Shown: one piece after another, positions 51,425 to 64,000 of the stretch | Position numbering within the stretch: the first letter of the stretch is position 1 | Layout of the letters: the number at the start of each line of letters is the position of its first letter | DNA from: Macrostomum lignano | Taxonomy: Eukaryota | Direction of reading: 5' to 3' | DNA: 64,000 nucleotides | Assembly (NCBI GenBank): GCA_002269645.1 | Contig: NIVC01000856.1 | Span: forward strand, 62,001 to 126,000 | Notes under the pieces: model-generated | Database searches by the model: none | What the model saw: the letters and a program-made list of their open reading frames with translations, nothing else | Told to the model about the DNA's origin: nothing | Position numbers and translations under genes: made by a program

Positions 51425-52012
51425 TCCACCATCCAGTCCCATTGTACACTGGCTCTCAACCAGCCCCTCACCATCCAGTCCCAATGTACACTGGCTCTCA
51501 ACCAGCCCCTCACCATCCAGTCCCAATGTACACTGGCTCTCAACCAGCCCCTCACCATCCAGTCCCAATGTACACTGGCTCTCAACCAGCCCCTCACCAT
51601 CCAGTCCCAATGTACACTGACTCTCAACCAGGCCCTCACCATCCAGTCCCAATGTACACTGGCTCTCAACCAGCCCCTCACCATCCAGTCCCAATGTACA
51701 CTGGCTCTCAACCAGCCCCCACCATCCAGTCCCAATGTACACTGGCTCTCAACCAGCCCCCACCATCCAGTCCCAATGTACACTGGTTCTCAACCAGCCC
51801 CCACTATCCAGTCCCAATGTACACTGGCTCTCAACCAGCCCCCACCATCCAGTCCCAATGTACACTGGTTCTCAACCAGCCCCCACCATCCAGTCCCAAT
51901 GTACACTGGCTCTCAACCAGCCCCCACCATCCAGTCCCAATGTACACTGGCTCTCAACCAGCTCCCCACCATCCAGTCCCAATGTACACTGGCTCTCAAC
52001 CAGCCCCCACTC
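51425..52012. repeat. 41-42-bp minisatellite (CCATCCAGTCCCAATGTACACTGGCTCTCAACCAGCCCC[T]CA)n
   Basis: Seen directly. Confidence 0.95.
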
Positions 52013-52582
52013 TGATGCACGCTTGCTTTTCAATCAGCCTTCAATTTATCAGGTTAAATCAAGTTTAACAGCTGAATTCTGTATAAAAGTGTATGAGTTT
52101 CAAAGTTTTTAGACTTGTCCTCACCGCAGGGTTATAGTTGCTCAATCGGTCGTTAAAGAACTCATTTGACCTTAAATTACTTTTTTAAATTAAACGAATT
52201 CTAATTCGTGTATTCAGACAGTTGCATGTGCATCCGTTTATAACAATTGAAACAGCTGTTTACGTTGTTGAACAACCTGAAGCTGTTTTATTCATAAGCA
52301 AATCGCTTCTCTGATTTTATTGAAGCATTGCACTACTAGCAGTAGCAGGCGCTTAATAATTCAATGAAGCTGCGGCCTTCTTTGTTACTGTGATTTTTTT
52401 GAGCGAGAAAAATGTTTAAAAACTGATTACTGTCTAAATATACACAATTTCATGAATAAACTCCGTGGTTTTACATTCCTCACCCAGTTGCGCGAGGGTA
52501 AATTACTTGTTTTTCTACTAATTATGGCTACTGTGTCCTCATCTGTGCTTCATTTTCACTCAGTTTTCTCAATTCTGACTGG

Positions 52583-53050
52583 ATAGCGCCATTCCTGATG
52601 GGGTAGCGCCATACCTGATGGGGTAGCGCCATTCCTGATCGGGTAGCGCCATTCCTGATGGAGTAGCGCCATTCCTGATGGGGTAGCGCCATTCCTGATG
52701 GAGTAGCGCCATTCCTGATGGAGTAGCGCCATTCCTGATGGGGTAGCGCCATTCCTGATGGAGTAGCGCCATTCCTGATGGGGTAGCGCCATTCCTGATG
52801 GAGTAGCGCCATTCCTGATGGAGTAGCGCCATTCCTGATCGGGTAGCGCCATTCCTGATCGGGTAGCGCCATTCCTGATGGAGTAGCGCCATTCCTGATG
52901 GAGTAGCGCCATTCCTGATGGATGTAGCTCCATTCTTTATGAGGTAGTGCCATTCCTATAGGGTAGCGCCATTCTTTATGAGGTAGCGCCATTCCTATAG
53001 GGTAGCGCTATTCTTTATGAGGTAGCGCCATTCCTGATGGGGTGGCGCCA
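52583..53050. repeat. 20-bp minisatellite (GTAGCGCCATTCCTGATGGA)n
   Basis: Seen directly. Confidence 0.95.
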
Positions 53051-53819
53051 TTCCAATTCAGTATTTCTCGTAGCCGGTTATAGTTTTAGTTTCAAGTTGC
53101 AAAACAGTTCAGCACTTATCGACATCTACCCACGCATTTCTATGCTCCAATACACGCAGTTCCTGATCTTACATAGGTCTCGAGAAAGCATCTTTGCTCT
53201 TTAGAAGACTCCCTGATCCTCTCACGCACAGTCGCTGCCCTGAGGGCTCGCTGCCTCGAAATGCGCAAGCAGGGGGCGGATCAAGTTTTGGCTTTTTCCC
53301 GCTCTCGCCTCAGCTTTCGAAGCTTTCTGCATGTCTGCCTTCCGTGTCTCGGAGCAGCCATCGCTTCTCTTCATCTGCGCGTCTGTCCGGCTCTGTGTGC
53401 CTTTTCAGGGTCAATTTCAATTAGGTCCCGGACTGCAACTGGAGATGCTGTTTATAGGGAGCTTGTTTGACTCTTTTTAACCCGGATTGACCCAGCTTGC
53501 TTCAGCAGCGGTGTGGTCGACCAACCATTCGCCATTGACATTGGATAGCCTTTGACAGGTGTCAGTAAATGCGCCCTCGTAACTTCCATACAGGCACTAC
53601 AGCTGGTACTCGTATTACTGTAAATTTACGAATTCGAAACAGCAGCTGGGATTAAATAGGAGGCTTGCATCTACTTGAATTAAATATTCGAAAGGATTTC
53701 TGAAATCGATCGCATACATGCCTAGATAGATACTGACGAACTCTTTTTAGTAGAAGGATTAGAGCAGCTAACATTAAACAACAGAAGGATTAGAGCAACA
53801 TCGATTGAAGAAATTGTGG

Positions 53820-55375
53820 TTGAAGCAACTGGGATTAAAGCAACTGGATTAAAGCAACTGGATTAAAGCAACAGGGATTAAGGCAACTGGATTAAAGCAA
53901 CAGGGATTAAAGTAACAGGGATTAAAGCAACTGGATTAAAGCAACAGGGATTAAAGCAACAGGGATTAAAGCAACTGGATTAAAGCAACAGGGATTAAAG
54001 CAACTGGATTAAAGCAACAGGGATTAAAGCAACAGGGATTAAAGCAACTGGATTAAAGCAACAGGGATTAAGGCAACTGGATTAAAGCAACAGGGATTAA
54101 AGCAACTGGATTAAAGCAACAGGGATTAAGGCAACTGGATTAAAGCAACAGGGATTAAGGCAACTGGATTAAAGCAACAGGGATTAAAGCAACTGGATTA
54201 AAGCAACAGGGATTAAGGCAACTGGATTAAAGCAACTGGATTAAAGCAACAGGGATTGAAGCAACAGGGATTAAGGCAACTGGATTAAAGCAACAGGGAT
54301 TAAGGCAACTGGATTAAAGCAACAGGGATTAAGGCAACTGGATTAAAGCAACTGGGATTAAAGCAACTGGGATTGAAGCAACTGGATTAAAGCAACTGGG
54401 ATTGAAGCAACAGGGATTAAGGCAACTGGATTAAAGCAACAGGGATTAAGCAACAGGGATTAAGGCAACTGGATTAAAGCAACTGGGATTAAAGCAACTG
54501 GATTAAAGCAACAGGGATTAAGGCAACTGGATTAAAGCAACTGGGATTAAAGCAACTGGGATTGAAGCAACTGGATTAAAGCAACTGGGATTGAAGCAAC
54601 TGGGATTAAAGCAACTGGGATTGAAGCAACTGGGATTAAAGCAACTGGATTAAAGCAACAGGGATTAAGGCAACTGGATTAAAGCAACAGGGATTGAAGC
54701 AACAGGGATTAAGGCAACTGGATTAAAGCAACTGGGATTAAAGCAACTGGGATTGAAGCAACTGGATTAAAGCAACTGGGATTGAAGCAACTGGGATTAA
54801 AGCAACTGGGATTGAAGCAACTGGATTAAAGCAACTGGGATTGAAGCAACTGGGATTAAAGCAACTGGGATTAAAGCAACAGGGATTAAAGCAACTGGAT
54901 TAAAGCAACAGGGATTAAGGCAACTGGATTAAAGCAACTGGGATTGAAGCAACTGGATTAAAGCAACTGGGATTGAAGCAACTGGGATTAAAGCAACTGG
55001 GATTAAAGCAACTGGATTAAAGCAACATGGATTAAAGCAACAAGGATTAAAGCAACAGGGATTAAGGCAACTGGATTAAAGCAACTGGGATTGAAGCAAC
55101 TGGGATTAAAGCAACATGGATTAAAGCAACAAGGATTAAGGCAACATGGATTAAAGCAACTGGGATTAAAGCAACAGGGATTAAAGCAACTAGGATTAAG
55201 GCAACTGGATTAAAGCAACGGAGATTAAAGCAACAGGGATTAAAGCAACAGGGATTAAAGCAACAGGGATTGAAGCAACTGAGATTAAAGAAACGGATTA
55301 AAGCAACTGGGATTAAAGCAACTGGATTAAAGCAACAGGGATTAAGGCAACTGGATTAAAGTAACCGGGATTAAA
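53820..55375. repeat. 14-15-bp minisatellite (GGATTAAAGCAACT[G])n
   Basis: Seen directly. Confidence 0.95.
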
Positions 55376-55986
55376 GCTGCACGGATCCTTTTGAATTCGC
55401 AATAACTCAATGCAGTCCTGAAGCATTGCAGGCCTCTTGTAGATGGCGTGCCGTCCCAGAAGGCGGTCCCAAATGCGTTGGTGCCGCAGTCGTAGCTTTC
55501 AAGCAAAGGTGCTTCCTTCGGTTCCCGCTTGAGCCTGATCAGCCACGTGAGTGCCTGCGGCAGGTTCACAAGCTCCACGTTCTCCAGCCACATCTTGTAC
55601 CGCGGATTGGCGCCCAGCTGCCTGCTCAAAGTGATGAGGCCGGCCGCTCTGGCATTGGCGAACGCGACGCAGCGGGGCTGCGAGCTGCCCGCGGGGCCGA
55701 GCCCATCGATGAGGTGGCACAGGGCGGTGTATTGGAAGAGCGAGCACCGGCCAGTGTCCGAGTCGAACTCGGCCACCTGCAGGCCGCAGGCAATCCTGGA
55801 GCTTTCCACGTTATATTCGATGTCGCTTCGAGCAGTGGCCGAGTGCACAGCCAAATTCTCGAGCAGGCACTGCCGGCTGATCAGGCGGTTCCAGGAGCTC
55901 GGCGAGCTCTCACAATGGACCAGCTGGACCAGGCAGGCCGCTGCGAGCTGAAGGGAGACTGGAGTAGCGATGAAGCTGGTTGCCAT
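55342..55986 (-). CDS. Putative secreted protein with a degenerate PAN/Apple-like domain
   Basis: ATG at 55986, hydrophobic leader LQLAAACLVQLVHC, PAN-like C...AEFDSDTGRCSLF and GC-rich codon usage like the other host exons. The last 10 codons come from the adjacent satellite. Confidence 0.5.
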   Translation of the reverse strand: MATSFIATPVSLQLAAACLVQLVHCESSPSSWNRLISRQCLLENLAVHSATARSDIEYNVESSRIACGLQVAEFDSDTGRCSLFQYTALCHLIDGLGPAGSSQPRCVAFANARAAGLITLSRQLGANPRYKMWLENVELVNLPQALTWLIRLKREPKEAPLLESYDCGTNAFGTAFWDGTPSTRGLQCFRTALSYCEFKRIRAALIPVTLIQLP

Positions 55987-56419
55987 GCTGGCTGCTGTGC
56001 GATTCTGGATGAGAGAGCTTAGCAAGGAAGCAGGTGGCAGAAATCCTGCATGCAATAGAGTTTATGCTGCTCCCAGGGCAGTGCGAAATCGCCCCCTAGC
56101 AACCAGCTGTATCAGCCATCAGCTCAGAATTCAGCCACCTCAGCGCCACCCATGCTGTGCATATTCATTGGCATCACAACATTCTGCAACAATTCTACCT
56201 GCTCATCTCTCCGCATGCAAACAGTTTGGGCTGATAACTGCGGGTCCGGAGGGGGGGGGGGCGCACCAGTACCACGAAAAGCAAGAGCAGAAACTTTTTA
56301 CGGAAACCTTGCGTCCCTAACGCAGGTGGAAATCTCAATGGCCCTGGGGTAGTGAAAATATTTTATTGCTTTAATGATGCAGGAAACTTTCTAAAGCCGA
56401 TGCAGGCGTCCATTTACGG

Positions 56420-56780
<361 letters not shown>

Positions 56781-57741
56781 CCCAGCTCCCCTCTGCTCTA
56801 GCTGAGCATGTGTCAGCTGGCGGCCATAACTGCCGGCGGACTAACTGTTATATTTTTCATACTGAACATGGAGTTCAGCGGCTTGCATAGTGCTTTACTT
56901 TAATCCGGTGTTGGTACAGTTCAGCCAAATGGTTCACAGTGTTAATTTTATACCCATGTGCACTGCTCTGATTTATTGCCTAATATTAAATAGCCTAATG
57001 GTAAAGATGTCCCCAGTCATGCCTCTGCCTGTGCACTTTACCGTTTGATTTTTGATGCAGTTCGAAGCCCCCCGTCCGTACTTGAGCACGAGTTGGGAGC
57101 AGATCTCAGTATACCAGCTTGTTTTTGCGTTGTTAATTGCTTTTAGTCTGAGGGCTTCCTTCCCGCTGTGAGGTTTCTGCTGATAATTTATTCAGTGACC
57201 AACGCAGCCGCTAATTTCTTAGAATTTTGTTATACTTTTTTTCGGTTGTTAATTAAAATGTACTTTTAACAGTTTAGGCAGGAATGAACTGGAGATTGGG
57301 TCAGCTGCAGCATGCAGCGATTCTGTACTTTTAATATCGTGTTGTACTTTTTTACATTGAACAAAACATTTGAACATGCATAGTAGCAGGTACATATCGG
57401 GAATTTGCTATAGCTGGGTGATTATCATGTATGGAATACTCAGAATCAGGTGAAAAAATATTTATACAGATGAGGTATAGAAGTAAACAGCAAATATCAG
57501 CTAAGCTTCAATACACGGCATGATCTGTGATTTGCTAAGTGAATTCTCGTGTGATTTGCATCCTGGCTATTTTACGTATTCGAGATTTTTACTCATTTTT
57601 GGCTCCAGTTTTGCCTCATTAAAGGTGTTTATTCTATGGGTTTACTTTCAAATTAGAAATAACACTATTGTAAAACGCGTTCCCGCATGAGATATTTTTC
57701 ATATTAACAAAGTTTTAAAAGTTCAATTACTCGAAATTCTA

Positions 57742-58790
57742 CAGTCACTCGTTCAGACAATACAGTCACTCGCTCAGACAACACAGTCACTCGTTCAGAC
57801 AATACAGTCACTCGCTCAAACAATACAGTCACTCTCTCAGACCACAGTCACTCGCTCAGACAATACAGTCACTCGCTCAGACAATACAGTCACTCGCTCA
57901 GACAACACAGTCACTCGTTCAGACAATACAGTCACTCGCTCAAACAATACAGTCACTCTCTCAGACCACAGTCACTCGCTCAGACAATACAGTCACTCGC
58001 TCAGACAATACAGTCACTCGCTTAGACAATACAGTCAATCTCTCAGACCACAGTCACTCGCTCAGACAATACAGTCACTCGCTCAGACAATACAGTCACT
58101 CGCTCAGACCACAGTCACTCGCTCAGACAACAAAGTCACTCGCTCAGACAATACAGTCACTCGCTCAGACAATACAGTCACTCGCTCAGACAATACAGTC
58201 ACTCGCTCAGACAATACAGTCACTCGCTCAGACAACAAAGTCACTCGCTTAGACAATACAGTCACTCGCTCAGACAATACAGTCACTCGCTCAGACAACA
58301 CAGTCACTCGCTCAGACAATACAGTCACTCGCTCAGACCACACAGTCACTCGCTCAGACAACACAGTCACTCGCTCAGACCACAGTCACTCGCTCAGACC
58401 ACAGTCACTCTCTCAGACCACAGTCACTCGCTCAGACAATACAGTCACTCGCTCAGACCACAGTCACTCGCTCAAACCACAGTCACTCGCTCAGACCACA
58501 GTCACTCGCTCAGACCACAGTCACTCGCTCAGACCACAGTCACTCGCTCAGACCACACAGTCACTCGCTCAGACAATACAGTCACTCGCTCAGACCACAG
58601 TCACTCGCTCAGACAATACAGTCACTCGCTCAGACCACAGTCACTCGCTCAGACCACAGTCACTCGCTCAGACAATACAGTCACTCGCTCAGACCACAGT
58701 CACTCGCTCAGACCACAGTCACTCGCTCAGACAATACAGTCACTCGCTCAGACCACAGTCACTCGCTCAGACCACAGTCACTCGCTCGGT
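57742..58790. repeat. 19/21-bp minisatellite (ACAGTCACTCGCTCAGACC / ACAGTCACTCGCTCAGACAAT)n
   Basis: Seen directly; overlaps the GPCR stop codon. Confidence 0.95.
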
Positions 58791-61146
58791 CCGCTCCATT
58801 GTCTGGCGAAGTCGCTGCCGCTCCGGTATCTCCAGCAGCTCCGCCGCCACCGCCGCTGCCTGTCGCTTCCGTCTGGCCGCGGACCCGGTCGCCATCGCCG
58901 GCTGCTGCAGCAGCTGCTCCGCTTGGTGCCGCCTCTGCCCGCCGCCGCCGCCTCGGCCGCAGCTGAGCAGCTGGCGCAGACCGGCCCGGAATCGCTCCCC
59001 GATCACGCAGTAGAGCAGGAAGTTCAGGCAGGAGTTGATCAGCACCAAGAAGTTCGTAGCCGCGATGGTCAGCTGCATTGCGTTCCTCTCGCCGTAGCGC
59101 GACTTTCCTAGAACGTCCAGAGCGGTCAGAGTGACATTGGGCAGCATGAGCAGGTAGTAGCACAGCACAATGGCCAGTGACACGTAGGTCAGCTGCGCCT
59201 CCTTCTCGTAACGGCGCCCGACGCTGCGTCTCCAGGCTTTGACGCTGCGTCTGAGCGATGCCGCGATGCGAAGGTTCATCACTGTGATGGCCGAGACCGG
59301 AACTACGAAATAGAACACCGTGTACATCACGCCGTTGTAGGCGATCTCGTACAGGCTGGCGCTGGCGGCGGCGTCCGACGTTTCGTTGCCGGTCTGGTGA
59401 TCGGCGCCGGTCGAGCCCTCAGCCCCGGTGACCAGCCAGGGCGCCGGCTCGTAGGTGTACTTTAGCGGGGCACAGTCTGGGCTGGCCTGCGGGGCGGCAG
59501 CGGGACTGACTTGGTGTGACCCCCCGACTCACTTGGCGTGACCCCCCTACTCACTTGGTATGACCCCCCTCGACTGACTTGGTTTGACCCCCGACTCAAT
59601 TGGTGTGACCCCCCGGCTGACTTGGTGTGACCCCTGACTAACCTGGTGTGACCCACTGACCGATCTGGTTTGACCCAGCTCTTGTATGAGCGCCCCCGAT
59701 AAACTGGTGAACGACCCTGACTAACTGGCGATGACCCTCATCGATAGGCCGCTTGTATCAGCGCAGGACGCCGCCCACCTGAAAGCAGCCGAACAGCTCA
59801 ATGGACCGATTGATGAGCAGCTCCTGCCGCTCCGGACTGGGCTGCTCGCTGCCCACCGGCCGGGCCACCACCACCTGTTCGAAGTATTTCGGCGCGTTGT
59901 AGACTGCGCTGAACACAACTACCAGCAGCAGGTTTCGAACCACGGTCCGTCCGGACGGCGGCTCGTCCAGGGCGGCTGTCAGCGGCCGGCAGACGGCACA
60001 GTAGCGCTCGAACGACACCAGCAGAGTGATATAGATTGAAGCCAGCTGCATCGTGTAGCAGATTGGCATCACATACTTCACAGTGTAGCCCCTGGTCAGG
60101 TACAGGTAGTACAGCGGCTGGCTGGCCACCTGCGGTGCGGTTCATTAATGTCGGATTTCCGGCTTGATTCAGGATTGATTCAAGATTGATTCAGGATTGA
60201 TTCAGGATTGATTCAGGGTTGATTCAGGATTGATTCAGGATTGGTTCAGGATTGAGTCAATATTAATTCAGGATTGATTCAGGATTGATTCAGGATTGAT
60301 TCAGGATTGATTCAATATTGATTCAGGATTGATTCAATATTGATTCAGGGTTGATTCAGGATTGATTCAGGATTGATTCAATATTGATTCAGGATTGATT
60401 CAGGATTGGTTCAGGATTGATTCAATATTGATTCAGGATTGATTCAATATTGATTCAGGATTGATTCAATATTGATTCAGGGTTGATTCAGGATTGATTC
60501 AGGATTGGTTCAGGATTGAGTCAATATTGATTCAGGGTTGATTCAGGATTGATTCAGGATTGATTCATGATTGATTCAGGATTGATTCAGGATTCATTCA
60601 GGATTCATTCAATATTGATTTAGGGTTGATTCAGGATTGATTCAGGATTGGTTCAGGATTGACTCAATATTAATTCAGGGTTGATTCAGGGTTGATTCAG
60701 GGTTGATTTAGGCTTGATTTAGGGTTCATTCAGGGTTCATGTTAGGGTCGCTGCAGCCATATATGGAGTCTACTCAGAAGTGGGTATGCAAAGGAAGTTG
60801 GTTGGTTTACTACACATAACGCCATTTATTAAAGTTCACAGCGCACCTGATGGTACTCATAGAACACGCCAAGTACGTTGACCAGAAAGTTTCCTAGAAT
60901 GAAGACGGCGTCGACGACGCACAGGGCGGACAGGATGGTGAACAGGGGGCACCGGCGCCTCTTGTTGGCCTGCTGCAGCACCACGAGGGACAGCAGGTTG
61001 CCGATGATGCCAAAGATTGACAGGCAGCCGGTGAGGTAGAAGGCCATCACGCTGGTTGCCAGGTGCATCCGGTGGTGCTGCATTGGATCCACCGTCACTG
61101 GCGGTAGCAAAGTTCCGGCAGAAATTGCGGCGGGGGAATTCGACAT
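58767..61146 (-). CDS. Rhodopsin-class peptide GPCR, FMRFamide-receptor-like, 456 aa, 3 coding exons
   Basis: Exons 61146-60847, 60129-59779 and 59486-58767 join in phase 0. TM1 GIIGNLLSLVVL, TM2 L...D, TM3 SFERYCAVCRP, TM4 YNAPKYF and TM7 NSCLNFLLYC. Confidence 0.88.
60170..60745. repeat. 11-bp minisatellite (GATTCAGGATT)n in a GPCR intron
   Basis: Seen directly. Confidence 0.95.
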
Positions 61147-61225
61147 CTGAGTGTTGATGAGTTCATCGACTTTGAAGGGAATTTTGATCTGATGTGTTGT
61201 TTGTATAGTGAAACGATTCAAGAAG

Positions 61226-61853
61226 CAGATTCAAGGACACTGAGGGAGCGGAGAGGCGGATTCAAGGACACCGAGGAAGCGGAGAGGCGGATTCAAGGAC
61301 ACTGGGGGAGCGGAGAGGCGGATTCAAGGACACTGAGGGAGCGGAGAGGCGGATTCAAGGACACTGAGGGAGCGGAGAGGTGGATTCAAGGACACTGAGG
61401 GAGTGGAGAGGCGGATTCAAGGACACTGAGGGAGCGGAGAGGCGGATTCAAGGACACTGAGGGAGCGAAGAGGCGGATTCAAGGACACTGAGGGAGCGGA
61501 GAGGCGGATTCAAGGACACTGAGGGAGCGGAGAGGAGGATTCCAGGACACTGAGGGAGCGGAGAGGAGGATTCAAGGATACTGGGGGAGCGAAGAGGCGG
61601 ATTCAAGGACACTGAGGGAGCGGAGAGGCGGATTCAAGGACACTGAGGGAGCGGAGAGGCGGATTCAAGGACACTGAGGGAGCGGAGAGGCGGATTCAAG
61701 GACACTGAGGGAGCGGAGAGGCGATTCAAGGACACTGAGGAGCGGAGAGGCGGATTCAAGGACACTGAAGGAGCGGAGAGGCGGATTCAAGGACACTGAG
61801 GGAGCGGAGAGGCGGATTCAAGGACACTGAGGGAGCGGAGAGGCGGATTCCAG
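61226..61853 (+). repeat. 31-bp minisatellite (GATTCAAGGACACTGAGGGAGCGGAGAGGCG)n, left arm
   Basis: Seen directly; reverse complement of the 62325-63802 array. Confidence 0.95.
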
Positions 61854-62324
61854 GACCCCGTTTCAAACTTAGCGAACTCAGTCGAGACTCACTTTTCAAA
61901 TCGCAGAGGTTGGTTATAAATTTTGAAGTGGTCTATCTTGCAAAACTCGAATCCGAGAGCTTTGAGAGCTCAGCAGAGACCTCACTCGATCTGTTCGAGA
62001 ACTGTGATTGACGCCTGGAAGCTGCTGCATGCGGCTTTTGTTAGCAGGGCATGGGGGCTGCTGAGAAGCAGACTTATTAGCTGCCCAATGGGAGGGCTCT
62101 GAGAGACGCAGGACGGAGTGAGAAGCACATTCATTCTGCGTCTCCGAAGGTTCGGCCGTCACTCAACGCCCTAGCTATTTGTTTTCATTTTAACGTAATC
62201 TCTTTTTAACATAAACTCATAACCATTTGTCAGCAGCTGTCAGTCTTGATTTTGCCTGTGAAAAAGTTTTACAACCTCTGTCATTCGAGTCCCAAGGAGA
62301 GCTTCTGATGGCTGAGCTATCAAT

Positions 62325-63802
62325 CTGCCTCTTCGCCTCTCCTTCGGTGTCCTTGAATCCACCTCTCCGCTCCCTCGGTGTCCTTGAATCCGCCTCTCCG
62401 CTCCCTCAGTGTCCTTGAATCCACCTCTCCGCTCCAACAGTGTCCTTGAATCCGCCTCTCCGCTCCCTCAGTGTCCTTGAATCCGCCTCTCCAAACTCCC
62501 TCAGTGTCCTTGAATCCGCCTCTCCGCTCCCTCAGTGTCCTTGAATCCGCCTCTCCAAGCTCCCTCAGTGTCCTTGAATCCGCCTCTCCGCTCCCTCAGT
62601 GTCCTTGAATCCGCCTCTCCGCTCCCTCAGTGTCCTTGAATCCGCCTCTCGCTCCCTCAGTGTCCTTGAATCCGCCTCTCGCTCCCTCAGTGTCCTTGAA
62701 TCCGCCTCGCTCCCTCAGTGTCCTTGAATCCGCCTCTCCGCTCCCTCAGTGTCCTTGAATCCGCCTCTCGCTCCCTCAGTGTCCTTGAATCCGCCTCTCC
62801 TCCCTCAGTGTCCTTGAATCCGCCTCTCGCTCCCTCAGTGTCCTTGAATCCGCCTCTCCACTCCCTCAGTGTCCTTGAATCCGCCTCTCGCTCCCTCAGT
62901 GTCCTTGAATCCGCCTCTCCGCTCCCTCAGTGTCCTTGAATCCGCCTCTCCGCTCCCTCAGTGTCCTTGAATCCGCCTCTCCGCTCCCTCAGTGTCCTTG
63001 AATCCGCCTCTCCGCTCCCTCAGTGTCCTTGAATCCGCCTCGCTCCCTCAGTGTCCTTGAATCCGCCTCTTCGCTCCCTCAGTGTCCTTGAATCCGCCTC
63101 TCGCTCCCTCAGTGTCCTTGAATCCGCCTCTCCACTCCCTCAGTGTCCTTGAATCCGCCTCTCCGCTCCCTCAGTGTCCTTGAATCCGCCTCTCCGCTCC
63201 CTCAGTGTCCTTGAATCCGCCTCTTCGCTCCCTCAGTGTCCTTGAATCCGCCTCTTCGCTCCCTCAGTGTCCTTGAATCCGCCTCTCCACTCCCTCAGTG
63301 TCCTTGAATCCGCCTCTCCGCTCCCTCAGTGTCCTTGAATCCGCCTCTCCGCTCCCTCAGTGTCCTTGAATCCGCCTCTTCGCTCCCTCAGTGTCCTTGA
63401 ATCCACCTCTCCGCTCCCTCAGTGTCCTTGAATCCGCCTCTCCGCTCCCTCAGTGTCCTTGAATCCACCTCTCCAGTGTCCTTGAATCCACCTCAGTGTC
63501 CTTGAATCCGTGTCCTTGAATCCGCCTCTTCGCTCCCTCAGTGTCCTTGAATCCACCTCTCCGCTCCCTCAGTGTCCTTGAATCCACCTCTTCGCTCCCT
63601 CAGTGTCCTTGAATCCACCTCTCCGCTCCCTCAGTGTCCTTGAATCCACCTCTTCGCTCCCTCAGTGTCCTTGAATCCACCTCTCCACTCCCTCAGTGTC
63701 CTTGAATCCGCCTCTCCACTCCCTCAGTGTCCTTGAATCCACCTCTCCGCTCCCTCAGTGTCCTTGAATCCGCCTCTTCGCTCCCCCAGTGTCCTTGAAT
63801 CC
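62325..63802 (-). repeat. Same 31-bp minisatellite in inverted orientation, right arm
   Basis: (CCCTCAGTGTCCTTGAATCCGCCTCTCCGCT)n seen directly. Confidence 0.95.
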
Positions 63803-64000
63803 TAAACTTGAATGTTAATGACGGTTTCAATATTTTCACGACTTTAATTTTCGTAGGAAGCAAAAGATTTCAAACTTTCTCGGACTAAACAAATCCTGTT
63901 TACTGTTTTTTTTTCGGTCAGGAAACCCAGCTACTCAACGGAGTCCGCCTTCAGTTAAAGTCCTTTGAATAAAATCCCCCTTGACGCCCTCCACTTGACG

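Noticed and set aside
61147-61221. GPCR N-terminal extension from the ORF track
   Set aside because: It starts at TTG, and CAG acceptors at 61189 and just before ATG 61146 suggest it is intron or UTR.

Overview
Eukaryotic (animal) genomic DNA, most likely from a free-living flatworm such as Macrostomum. This is inferred from a TAL-family EF-hand/dynein-light-chain gene, GC-rich exons, GT-AG introns and very dense minisatellites. I see no CRISPR array, rRNA or intact tRNA. I could assemble eight host genes by hand. (1) Clan-3-like cytochrome P450, first coding exon only. (2) TAL (tegument allergen-like) protein. (3) ZC3H3-like CCCH zinc-finger protein. (4) Orphan TSP1-like single-pass membrane protein with PY motifs. 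(5) ATAD5/ELG1-like RFC subunit with a shortened P-loop. (6) Nine-exon SLC6 amino-acid transporter. (7) Secreted PAN/Apple-like protein. (8) Three-exon FMRFamide-receptor-like GPCR. The space between and inside these genes is filled with about 25 different tandem arrays and decayed mobile elements: an RTE-like LINE, mariner, Merlin, a Penelope-like element with hammerhead ribozymes, several hAT- and CACTA-type MITEs, and a foldback element. Most ORF-track entries are artefacts of repeats or antisense frames. All exon models are read from sequence only and need transcript support.
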